NCBI GenBank assembly: GCA_039802605.1
Contig: JBDRWW010000013.1
Coordinates: 1-31,754, forward strand
Direction of reading: 5' to 3'
DNA length: 31,754 nt
Source of the DNA: a candidate division WOR-3 bacterium
GTDB lineage: Bacteria > Hydrothermota > Hydrothermia > LBFQ01
Below the pieces are notes generated by a model. The model saw only the letters and a program-made list of their open reading frames with translations. It ran no database searches and had not been told where the DNA came from. Both the position numbers and the translations under genes were made by a program. Of the stretch, positions 19,970 through 29,047 are shown in pieces; position 1 is the first letter of the stretch, and each line of letters starts with the position of its first letter.

Positions 19970-21028
19970 CTACCATGGATTAAAATCTTCTTTGCCCTTC
20001 CCGGAAATCTTCCTTGCAAATGCGGATATGAGTTTTACAGCACCTTCAACATCCCTTATATCAACCATTTCGGAAGGGGAATGCAAATACCTGCAAGGTA
20101 TGGAAATTAAAGCGGTGGGTATTCCTCCCCTTTCAAGTTGTATATAATTCGCATCCGTGGGCGTACCCCTAGGGGAGGCCTCTATTTGTATTTCTATACC
20201 CTCTTCCTTTGCCGTTTCAACCAAAAGGTTAAATACTACGGGGTTTATGTTCGGACCTTTTGACAGAACCGGCCCTTTGCCCAGTCTTATATCCCCTATC
20301 ATCCTCTTATCAACCGATGGGTAATCAGTTGCAAGGGTTACATCAACCGCAATGGCCACATCCGGATTAACGGCGTATGCGCTCGTCTTGGCACCCCTTA
20401 AACCTATCTCTTCTTGAACGGTTGCAACGGAAACCATACGGGTATCCCCAGGATTTTGGCTGTAAAACCTCAAAGCCTCCAATACGGTGAAAGCGCCTAT
20501 GCGGTCGTCCAAAGCCCTTGAAACCAATTTGTGATCGTTTAGGAATTCCCCATCCCAATCCAAAACACCGTAATCACCAACGGATATAACCTTTTCCAAT
20601 TCTTCCCTTTCGAGTCCGAAATCCACCCAAAGTTCCTCCATCTTAACCGCCTTATCCCTCTCCTCAGGCTTCAATATGTGTATGGGTTTTCTGCCTATAA
20701 CCCCCTTTATAACCTTTCCATCCTTATTAACAAATCTAACCCTTTGACCCACCAAAACCTGAGGATCCCATCCCCCAACACCGCTTATATAAACAAAGCC
20801 GTTATCGTCTATGTATTGTACCATCAAACCTATTTCGTCTATATGCCCTGCCAACATAAGGGTTGGCTTCCCCTCACCGAATTCGGCGTATGTATTCCCG
20901 TGATTGTCCGTATATACCTTTTTTGCGAATTTCTTGGCCTCTTCCTGCCAAACCCTTGATGCCCTACCTTCATCACCCGATGGGCCTACCTGTGATAAGA
21001 GCTTTAAAAGGAATTCTTTGTTAAGCAT
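19970..21028 (-). CDS. M42 family metallo-aminopeptidase
   Basis: GPSGDE, HIDEIG, ALDDRIG, QEEIGLRGA, VDVT, RYLHSPSE. Confidence 0.95.
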   Translation of the reverse strand: MLNKEFLLKLLSQVGPSGDEGRASRVWQEEAKKFAKKVYTDNHGNTYAEFGEGKPTLMLAGHIDEIGLMVQYIDDNGFVYISGVGGWDPQVLVGQRVRFVNKDGKVIKGVIGRKPIHILKPEERDKAVKMEELWVDFGLEREELEKVISVGDYGVLDWDGEFLNDHKLVSRALDDRIGAFTVLEALRFYSQNPGDTRMVSVATVQEEIGLRGAKTSAYAVNPDVAIAVDVTLATDYPSVDKRMIGDIRLGKGPVLSKGPNINPVVFNLLVETAKEEGIEIQIEASPRGTPTDANYIQLERGGIPTALISIPCRYLHSPSEMVDIRDVEGAVKLISAFARKISGKGKEDFNPW

Positions 21029-21051
21029 AGCGGGTATTGTAAGGGGGAAAG

Positions 21052-22848
21052 TTATCTTAAAATAACCCTCTTTGTCTTTTTGCCCTCTTTTATAAAATAA
21101 ACCCCCCTGCCCTTTATATTAACACGCCTACCCAAAATATCGTAAATTATCCTTTTATCCCCCTTTAATTCGGCGCCCTTATCCCCAACTTTCAGTTCCG
21201 CTTCCGAGATTTCAAAACCAATCTTTATGCTGTCAAGCCTAAACCTCCTCGTACCGGTAAAATTCGTGAAGGCAACAATTAATACCTGTGCGCTGTCTAT
21301 GTCGTAAAGTGATGTATCGTAAAATGGGATATTTGGGATAACCTCAACGAAATCCCCCCAACCACCCTTATAACCCCTTATATAAACCTTTAACGAGCAA
21401 CAATCGGAAAAATTCCCGAAAACCTTAACAACCCTAGCATTGGCATAATTGGTACCTAAGCCCTTTGAGGGTAGGAGGAAGTAAAAGGCATTACTCCTAT
21501 CATAAACATTGCCGAATATCTGAACGGATAGGTTTCTACTCGCCTTTACCGAGTAAAGGTTTGTTTTAAGGGTTGTATCAAAATAAAAAGGGGGTCCCAA
21601 ATTCCAATAAACGCTTGAACTGTCCAACTCCTTCCTTGAAGATAGTATATCAGGCCACCCATCCCCATCAAAATCCATTACAAATACCCCGTAATTGCTG
21701 CTTGAAGGTATCACAAGCTTTCTACTTTCGGAAAAATTACCGTTATAGTTAAAGTATATCGTTATCCTGCCGTTGTTCCAATCGGATAAAGGTGCCTTTT
21801 CCCCAAATATAACATCAACCCATCCATCCCTATTTATGTCATAAGCCTGAACATTCCTACAATCTTGCAAGGATAAAAACTCGTGTTTGTTGTAAGGTGA
21901 ATATCCTACACCGCTTCCCCACATAACCACGCCATACCCGTATGCGCAGGATATTATGTCAAGGTACCCGTCCCGGTTTAAATCCGCAACCGTTGCGCCA
22001 TAACTACCAGACGAATCAAGTCCGGTTGGTTTAAACCATATATCGGTATATACACTTTGGTAAAAGTTTCCGAAAACATTCCAATATACCTTTGGGGGGT
22101 TTGTGGGTGGGAACCAATCCCTATAATAAAGACTACCAATATACGCATCAAGGAAGCCATCGTAATCCAAATCCGCAAAGAATACGGGATGTGTTCCCGC
22201 ACCGTACAAACAGGGTGTTGTATCCCATTGGTTATAACCGGAAGGCGAACCGAAAAATATCTTTGAACACTCCCTACCCTGAGGGGTTAACTGCGATGAA
22301 TCCCTCCATACACCTACGAGTATATCGGGATAGCCGTCCATATTTACATCCGCGACATATGGGGTTTCAACGGATCCAGCCTTCAAATAAACCATTCTAC
22401 TCGTATCAAAGGGATAATCGTAATAAACCCTTATCCCGGTTTTGCTTCTCGGATCCATAACGCTTAAAACATAGTCAATAATACCGTTTCCGTTCAAATC
22501 CCCAACCCAAACAGCATCGTGGCACATGCTATCGCCATCCGCACGATACTTCCAATATACCGGTGAAAACCTCCTGCCACCCGAGTTTATAAAAACATGC
22601 TGATATGGATAAGCATACCACCACTCGTTGTTCGTAAGTATTATATCCATAAGGCCGTCACCGTTTAAATCCAAGTCTTGACCCAAAATCCTTATGCCGT
22701 TTGACCAATACATATGCAAACCCAAATTCCAAGTCCTAACCTTATTATCCGACCAAAATAGCGTATCGCTACCGTAATAGTAATACTCCCTACCTCTTAA
22801 AAAATCCACCCCTTTATGCGCAATAGTATAGCAGAAAATAAGCTGCAT
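21052..22848 (-). CDS. FG-GAP/VCBS-repeat beta-propeller protein with a short T9SS-type-A-like C-terminal tail
   Basis: Seven DxN/DxDGxxD motifs (DLNGDGLMD, DLNGNGIID, DVNMDGYPD, DLDYDGFLD, DLNRDGYLD, DINRDGWVD, DFDGDGWPD); C-terminus IYDILGRRV...GVYFIK...KRVILR. Confidence 0.85.
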   Translation of the reverse strand: MQLIFCYTIAHKGVDFLRGREYYYYGSDTLFWSDNKVRTWNLGLHMYWSNGIRILGQDLDLNGDGLMDIILTNNEWWYAYPYQHVFINSGGRRFSPVYWKYRADGDSMCHDAVWVGDLNGNGIIDYVLSVMDPRSKTGIRVYYDYPFDTSRMVYLKAGSVETPYVADVNMDGYPDILVGVWRDSSQLTPQGRECSKIFFGSPSGYNQWDTTPCLYGAGTHPVFFADLDYDGFLDAYIGSLYYRDWFPPTNPPKVYWNVFGNFYQSVYTDIWFKPTGLDSSGSYGATVADLNRDGYLDIISCAYGYGVVMWGSGVGYSPYNKHEFLSLQDCRNVQAYDINRDGWVDVIFGEKAPLSDWNNGRITIYFNYNGNFSESRKLVIPSSSNYGVFVMDFDGDGWPDILSSRKELDSSSVYWNLGPPFYFDTTLKTNLYSVKASRNLSVQIFGNVYDRSNAFYFLLPSKGLGTNYANARVVKVFGNFSDCCSLKVYIRGYKGGWGDFVEVIPNIPFYDTSLYDIDSAQVLIVAFTNFTGTRRFRLDSIKIGFEISEAELKVGDKGAELKGDKRIIYDILGRRVNIKGRGVYFIKEGKKTKRVILR

Positions 22849-22916
22849 AAGTGGAAATTATATAGATGCCTCTGGTTTTCCCACACGAAAACTTTTTCTA
22901 TCGTATAATAACCGCT

Positions 22917-24413
22917 ATGCGTAAATTTGTGGTAATACTCCTGCCTACGGTGGTATTCGCCCAAGAGAGCGAGGAGATATACCGCGAGGAGCAACCGACA
23001 CGGGTACAGGTTAGTTCCGAAGTGTTCGGCGCCACCACCCTAATAGGCACCCCTATAAACGATTTGAGCGGACTTTCAGCCCAAGCAACGGGGGATCTTT
23101 TGAACATTTTAAGGGCCCGGGCGGGTGTATACGTAAGTTTTGCAAACAAATTCACCCTTGCCATAGCGGGCATATATGTCGGGGAAGCGGCGAGTGAAGT
23201 TTCAAGGCTTCCAATTGGTTTATCGGAAGCATATGTTCAGCTGGATACATTCGTATTGCCAATAGGGGGATTGGGGGAACTCAGAATGGGAAGGCAAATT
23301 ATTAACTACGGTATGGGCTTGGCATTTGGGGATTATCACGGTTTTGGTACCAATGCAATAAGGTTTGCATACAGGTTTAGCCCGGCATGGGATTGGTATT
23401 TGCATATATTGTACGCGAAATCAAACGAAGGTGGTGCAAGGCAGGTTGAGTACTTCTGGTATCCCTTTGCGTATTATAATGAATTAACAAATGAACAGGC
23501 CTTTAAATGGATATATACAAAGTACGACCTTGAAACATGGGCTTTGATATTGGGTAAATCAAGGGGTGATAGGGGTATTTATGATTTCTTCGTTTATGGC
23601 GCCGCAATGACGGAGGACAGGGGTTTGGGCGGAGGTTTTAACCCCTATTGGGTGGGAGGCTACATAAATATCGGACCCATTGGGAATTTCTTTATGGACG
23701 GTGAATTGGGTTATATGACGGGAACATGGGGTTCAAAACAAGAGGTATGTTATGACTTTTGCGACCAGATTTATAACATAACCGGTGGGGAAAGACAACA
23801 AATAAACGCGTACGCGATAGCAATAAGGGCATCTTATGACTTTACGGATCAGATAACGGGCGGACTGTCCTTCTTCACATTCAGCGGCGATAACCCGAAC
23901 ACCAGGGGTATGTACGAATCTTGGCTGTCCCCTCTTCCAAAATCCGGTATAAGCGCTTACAGTCCTTGGACACACTGGACGGGTATGGGTGAGGTGTTTA
24001 TTTGGAATTACAGGCCCGACAATTGGAGGAGCATATACTTCTTCAATCCGACGAATTTCGTCGTGGCAAACCTGAATTTCATATACAAGGCCTTCCCAAT
24101 ACAGCAATCGTTGGTTATAAGGGCGGATGGGTTTGCGTTTGCCGAAGCGGCATCACCAAGTGGGGTTGATTCCTACCTAGGTAGTGAGTTTGACTTGGCC
24201 TTAAAGTTTTCATACGCGGATATAGCGGATGTGGGTATAACTTTCGGGTATTTTGTGCCGAGCACGAGGTTTCAAAATACCGGTTGGTCAAGACCTTCTA
24301 GGTTGGACCTTGTTCAGGAGGGTTTGGTACCGGCGGACTACCAAGTCTTGAAAATTACCGGAAATTCCTATGTGGTCAGGCTTTGGATATACAGGTCCAT
24401 AAACTTCTTCTGA
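22917..24413 (+). CDS. Outer-membrane beta-barrel protein (alginate export/AlgE-like)
   Basis: Signal MRKFVVILLPTVVFA-Q; EAYVQL, GRQ.I.YG.G, SGDNP, LGSEFDL; aromatic amphipathic strands; C-terminal Phe. Start 7 nt after TATAAT. Confidence 0.75.
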   Translation: MRKFVVILLPTVVFAQESEEIYREEQPTRVQVSSEVFGATTLIGTPINDLSGLSAQATGDLLNILRARAGVYVSFANKFTLAIAGIYVGEAASEVSRLPIGLSEAYVQLDTFVLPIGGLGELRMGRQIINYGMGLAFGDYHGFGTNAIRFAYRFSPAWDWYLHILYAKSNEGGARQVEYFWYPFAYYNELTNEQAFKWIYTKYDLETWALILGKSRGDRGIYDFFVYGAAMTEDRGLGGGFNPYWVGGYINIGPIGNFFMDGELGYMTGTWGSKQEVCYDFCDQIYNITGGERQQINAYAIAIRASYDFTDQITGGLSFFTFSGDNPNTRGMYESWLSPLPKSGISAYSPWTHWTGMGEVFIWNYRPDNWRSIYFFNPTNFVVANLNFIYKAFPIQQSLVIRADGFAFAEAASPSGVDSYLGSEFDLALKFSYADIADVGITFGYFVPSTRFQNTGWSRPSRLDLVQEGLVPADYQVLKITGNSYVVRLWIYRSINFF

Positions 24414-24417
24414 TAAG

Positions 24418-25050
24418 TTGCCCTTCGTAGGAACTTTAACAAATGCTTTAAGTGTGGCGATTGGGAGTTTATTGGGCGGTATTTTGGGAAGCTTTATAAG
24501 TGAAGGGGTGAAGGAGGGCATTCTGAAAATCCTCGGTATTATAACCTTGGCCATATCCTTTAAAATGGTAATTGAGGGGGATATCGTTAAGGGGGCGGCT
24601 ACGGTTCTTTTGGGATACATCATTGGGAAATCTTTAAGGTTATCGGATTTCTTTGAAAGGTTTGAGAACATGGGAGGGGTTATTGCCGCATCCGTTTTGT
24701 TTTGCACGGGTCCTATGACGGTTTTGGGTTCAATAAAGGATGCTTTTGGCGATCCGGAAATATTGATTATAAAAGCACTGTTGGACGGATTCGCCTCTAT
24801 CACATTTGCAAGTATATACGGTTATAAAATAATCCTATCTTCCTTGGTGGTTCTAACGGTTCAAGGTGGTATAGGGTTGGCCTCTCTGTTTATAGGAGGT
24901 GGTAATCCCGATCTTTCCGTTTTAAACTCCGCGGGGGGTATGATACTTATGGCAATAGGGTTTAACCTTATGAGGTTTTGGAAGTTTGAAATCGCGAACC
25001 TTTTAATGGCATTTCCCATTATCCCGCTATGGTATTTCTTGCGATTTTAA
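24418..25050 (+). CDS. DUF554 (YqgA-like) membrane protein
   Basis: GTLTN...GSLLG, ASVLFCTGPMTVLGSI, KALLDGFASI, QG, ANLL; TTG start. Confidence 0.9.
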   Translation: MPFVGTLTNALSVAIGSLLGGILGSFISEGVKEGILKILGIITLAISFKMVIEGDIVKGAATVLLGYIIGKSLRLSDFFERFENMGGVIAASVLFCTGPMTVLGSIKDAFGDPEILIIKALLDGFASITFASIYGYKIILSSLVVLTVQGGIGLASLFIGGGNPDLSVLNSAGGMILMAIGFNLMRFWKFEIANLLMAFPIIPLWYFLRF

Positions 25051-25850
25051 GCCAAAAGGTAATATCAAGGCCTGATATTGAATACGGCTTTTATTGGAAT
25101 TACAAAATTGGCCATTACTTTTCTATACTCTCCAATCGGAATGATAAGTTGGAAGAAAAGGTTTTCTTAGGGTTTGAAAAGCCAATTATATCCTTCATCT
25201 TCGTAGGCGATACTCTCGGAATAACAACGGAAAACCGTTGTGGGTTTTATCTGATAACATACAAGTCCGAAAAACCGATAAAGTTAGGTGAATTTGAGGG
25301 TTGCAACCGTTTTACATTTTTTGCATACGATACGGGTGGGATATATGTGGCGATACCTAAGGGGAAAAAATTAAACATTTATAATTTTAAGGATAATAAA
25401 CTTAAATTTGTTAAAACAAAAACTTTTAACTTTAACGCCAAGATTTGCGATGTAATAAATGGCGAATTCGTATGCGTCCCATACAAGGGGGAAATATACG
25501 AGGGCGGTTTTTTAGACGATTCAACCTATTACGTCATTGAGGGGAAGACGGTTAAGGTTTTCAGAAATAAGGAATTGCTTATTGAAAAAAGTATGGATAA
25601 AAAGCCTTTATCGGTTTCGGCATCCCATGGGTTTTTATACATATCAACGGTTGAAGGTATATATTGCATAGATTTAAATACAAAGGCGGAAGGTTTTGTT
25701 GAGTTTCCTTCATTAAAGGTTTATGCCGCAAAATACTCCTTTGTGGTTTTGGTGGAAGATTTGGATGGTTGTATAAACATTTTTAAGCCCGTTTTTAGAC
25801 CCCCGTCCTTAAAGTTTTTATCAAAGGCAAATACGCGGTTCTGCAAATAG
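25029..25850 (+). CDS. Hypothetical beta-rich (propeller-like) protein
   Basis: 273-aa ORF with host-like codon usage and repeated short beta strands (FLYISTVEGIYCIDL); overlaps the end of DUF554. Confidence 0.65.
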   Translation: MVFLAILSQKVISRPDIEYGFYWNYKIGHYFSILSNRNDKLEEKVFLGFEKPIISFIFVGDTLGITTENRCGFYLITYKSEKPIKLGEFEGCNRFTFFAYDTGGIYVAIPKGKKLNIYNFKDNKLKFVKTKTFNFNAKICDVINGEFVCVPYKGEIYEGGFLDDSTYYVIEGKTVKVFRNKELLIEKSMDKKPLSVSASHGFLYISTVEGIYCIDLNTKAEGFVEFPSLKVYAAKYSFVVLVEDLDGCINIFKPVFRPPSLKFLSKANTRFCK

Positions 25851-25856
25851 GTTTGA

Positions 25857-26414
25857 TTAGCCCCTTCTTAAAGCAACAAGCGTCATAAGAGCGGACATAA
25901 CGATAAGGGTTGTATATCCGTAGTTTTGATTAAAAGAAAGTAGCAGATCTCCAAAAAATGTAAGCGTTATAATGATGGAACCGGGAATCCACCTCTTACC
26001 CACCTCACTGCCCCAAAACGCAAGCAAGTTAAAGTACACACCTAATGCCGAAATTAAATCTGCTATAATAACAATCGCAAAAGAACCAAAACCGCCTATA
26101 TAAAACCAAATTGCAACCACAGGAACTAACACGATAAGGCTTAATGCAAACCATGCTATCCATTTTATTCCAAAATCCCTTAATGAGGGTCTTATAAAAG
26201 GGATGGCGTACTGTAATACCCCGATTGCCACAATTAGGCGGGAAATTAATAATAGCCAATCCTTTTGGAAAATCCCATACAATCCCTGAAAGATAAAAAT
26301 AACAAATATGGATAAGTAAAGCCTACCCCTGATACTTTGATAACCCAATTCCCGAACCTTTAAAAGCTGTGCAAGGGCTGTTAAGAATGATATCAAAATG
26401 AATGCCGTTTTCAT
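25857..26414 (-). CDS. Hypothetical integral membrane protein (about 7 TM)
   Basis: Almost entirely hydrophobic. Start moved to MKTAF (26414), 8 nt after TACAAT. Confidence 0.7.
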   Translation of the reverse strand: MKTAFILISFLTALAQLLKVRELGYQSIRGRLYLSIFVIFIFQGLYGIFQKDWLLLISRLIVAIGVLQYAIPFIRPSLRDFGIKWIAWFALSLIVLVPVVAIWFYIGGFGSFAIVIIADLISALGVYFNLLAFWGSEVGKRWIPGSIIITLTFFGDLLLSFNQNYGYTTLIVMSALMTLVALRRG

Positions 26415-26450
26415 AAACGACAATTGTATACGGGCGAAAAAGCACATACA

Positions 26451-28412
26451 TCATTCAAATACTATTTCAACCCTTCTATTCTTAGCCCTACCCTCCTCCG
26501 TATCGTTTGGAGCTATGGGTTTCTTTGAACCGTAGCCAATAACATTTATCCTTTTTGGGTCTATACCGTTCCTTATCAGATAGTCCGCAACGGCCTTTGC
26601 CCTCCTTTCCGAAAGTTTTTGGTTATACTCTTCCGTACCAACAATATCCGTATGACCCGCAACGGTTATCCTTATATTGGCATGTTCCTTTAAAAACTTT
26701 ACAAGCCTGTTCAGTTCAAGTTTTGATTCCGGTTTTAATTCCGCCGAATTAAAGTCAAAGAATATGTTGTTTAAAACAAACTTCGCCCCCTTTTCAATTG
26801 GTTGTAGGGGTATTTCCAAGTATTTCTCCTGATAGTTTCTTAAACCCTTTAAATCAAAGTTAAAGGATTGGAAGGCGTGCAATGTATCCAAGGGTTCTGC
26901 GGTTAGTCCGTAAAACCTTTCGGATGGCAGAACCACGACGAATTGCCCGTTTTCATCGGTTTCGGATGAGAACCAAATTTTACCCGTTCCCAAATCTTCA
27001 ATTGTTATTTTGGCTTTTAGGGTTTGTTTGGTTTTCGCATCAAAAACCTTGCCCCTAACGAGGTTCACGGGTTCTGGCATTAATTCCTTCTGTTTATCGG
27101 TTAAACTATCCCTATTGGGTATACTCGCCCTGTAAATATGGTATATCTTTACCCCCGTTTTTTCATCAACGGAATCGATTCGTGAAAAATATATCCAATC
27201 AGCACTTGCGGGTATTGAAAAGAATATATCGTCTTCGTGTGTGTTGTAAGGATAACCGAGGTTTTCGGCTTTCGTCCATCGGTTTTCACCGACCATTTTA
27301 CTAACAAAAATATCATACCCTCCGAAACTCGCCCAACCGTTTGATGCAAAGTAAAGGGTTTTCCCGTCGGAATGTATGAACGGTGAAATTTCATTACCGG
27401 GTGTATTAACATTAGGGCCCAAGTTTACCGGCTCGCTCCAACTCCCATCCTCGTTTCTAATACACATCCAAATGTCTAAACCCCCATAACCCCCCGGTCT
27501 GCTTGAAGAAAAGAATAGATATTTCCCATCTGGGGACATTGTGGCTTGGGCATCCCAGTGCCTGCTGTTTGGTGGACTACCGGCGTTTTTAGGTTCTCCC
27601 CAAGATTCCCAACCGTTCCTCCTCTCGGAAAAGAAAATATCCATACTCCCATGACCGTCCCTTATACCCCCCTCCTTCTCCTTGGGTAAAGGTTTGTACT
27701 TTGAGTTATAGGCCAATATTAGGGTTTTATTATCAGCCGATATTCCGCTAACACCTTCGGAAGATGGGGTGTTTAAACCTTTTAAATTTATAGGCTCAGA
27801 CCATTTATCGCCCGTTTTTGTGGTTATCCATATATCCTCCCTACCCTCTCCCCCCTTTCTGGTTGATACGAAAACCATTACCCTACCATCGGCACTTATT
27901 ACGGGTGAATAATCCCCACCCGTTCCATCACTTAGAAGATAATACGACTTTATGGGTTTAACGAGTTCCTTTATCTGCTCAACCTTAACATTTTTAAACC
28001 TTCGCGCGTATATATCCCGTAATACTTGGAAATCCTCAATCTTTTTATAAACATCGGATTTTAGGGGGAAATGTTCGGGGTATTTGTATCCCCCTTCGGA
28101 GAGGTAGGTTTTTAAAAGGCTTATGGCCATATCAAATTCGTAAGCCCTGCCATAGGATAACGCGGCGTTTAATAGGGCTTTTAGCCTAAGGGTGTCGCCA
28201 TAGGCCGCCTTTTTGGAAGCTTTATAGAAGTAAATTGCCGCCGAGTCATACTTTGCCGTGCTGTAATAAACCCATCCCAGTTGGTAATTGTCTTCATAGG
28301 TATCGTTTGTATATTTGCTTTTGAGTTCGGAGAACCTCCTGCTTTTGAAATAGGCGGAATATTTATCGTTTAATGGCGGGAAAAGGTCAATGTATGCGAA
28401 GATTATTACCAT
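26451..28412 (-). CDS. TPR-PD40-carboxypeptidase-regulatory-OmpA domain protein (PorE-like architecture)
   Basis: N-terminal TPR-like helices; PD40 repeats (SPVISADG, MSPDGKYLFFSSSRPGGYGGLDIW, SPFIHSDGKTLYFAS); VRGKVFDAKT; OmpA_C (GHTD...N.KLSERRA.AV...NRRVE). Confidence 0.9.
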   Translation of the reverse strand: MVIIFAYIDLFPPLNDKYSAYFKSRRFSELKSKYTNDTYEDNYQLGWVYYSTAKYDSAAIYFYKASKKAAYGDTLRLKALLNAALSYGRAYEFDMAISLLKTYLSEGGYKYPEHFPLKSDVYKKIEDFQVLRDIYARRFKNVKVEQIKELVKPIKSYYLLSDGTGGDYSPVISADGRVMVFVSTRKGGEGREDIWITTKTGDKWSEPINLKGLNTPSSEGVSGISADNKTLILAYNSKYKPLPKEKEGGIRDGHGSMDIFFSERRNGWESWGEPKNAGSPPNSRHWDAQATMSPDGKYLFFSSSRPGGYGGLDIWMCIRNEDGSWSEPVNLGPNVNTPGNEISPFIHSDGKTLYFASNGWASFGGYDIFVSKMVGENRWTKAENLGYPYNTHEDDIFFSIPASADWIYFSRIDSVDEKTGVKIYHIYRASIPNRDSLTDKQKELMPEPVNLVRGKVFDAKTKQTLKAKITIEDLGTGKIWFSSETDENGQFVVVLPSERFYGLTAEPLDTLHAFQSFNFDLKGLRNYQEKYLEIPLQPIEKGAKFVLNNIFFDFNSAELKPESKLELNRLVKFLKEHANIRITVAGHTDIVGTEEYNQKLSERRAKAVADYLIRNGIDPKRINVIGYGSKKPIAPNDTEEGRAKNRRVEIVFE

Positions 28413-29047
28413 TTTAAGGCTCTTAGAATGCTTAAAAATACACCAAGCCCGTCTTCGCTTCCCAAAATCTCATCGCTTGCCCTCTCCGGATGGGGCATAG
28501 TTCCGAAAATCCTGCCATCCTCGGATATTATAGCCGCTATATCATCCTCCGAACCGTTTGGATTTTCTTCATACCTGAACACCACCTTAAAATTTTTCCC
28601 TTTTCCCTTTATGTATCTTCCGTCGGAATGTGCTATTGGAATTTTAATCCTTTGGCCTTTTCTAAACATGTTTGTAAATGGTGTATCGTTATCCTCAACT
28701 ATGAGGGTTTGCCATTCGCATATAAACTTCCCGTTTGTGTTTTTGGTTAGGGCTCCGGGTAAAAGTTTGCTTTCCGTTAAAATTTGAAAGCCGTTGCATA
28801 TTCCGAGTATATAGCCTTTAAAATCCCATAAAGCCTTAACAACGGGGGAAAAGGATGCCAAGGCCCCCGGTCTTAAATAATCCCCATAAGAGAAACCACC
28901 GGGTAATACTATGAGTTGGTAGTCTTTTATATCGGTTTCCTTATACCAAATATATTTGGCATCAAAACCCGCCTTTTCAAGCGCCCAATATGTATCCCTA
29001 TCGCAATTACTACCCGGGAATACTACAACGCCCGCCTTGGGTTTCAT
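28406..29047 (-). CDS. purQ: Phosphoribosylformylglycinamidine synthase subunit PurQ
   Basis: FPGSNCDRD, PGGFSYGDYLR.G, GICNGFQIL, NPNGS, MPHPER. Confidence 0.97.
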   Translation of the reverse strand: MKPKAGVVVFPGSNCDRDTYWALEKAGFDAKYIWYKETDIKDYQLIVLPGGFSYGDYLRPGALASFSPVVKALWDFKGYILGICNGFQILTESKLLPGALTKNTNGKFICEWQTLIVEDNDTPFTNMFRKGQRIKIPIAHSDGRYIKGKGKNFKVVFRYEENPNGSEDDIAAIISEDGRIFGTMPHPERASDEILGSEDGLGVFLSILRALKW

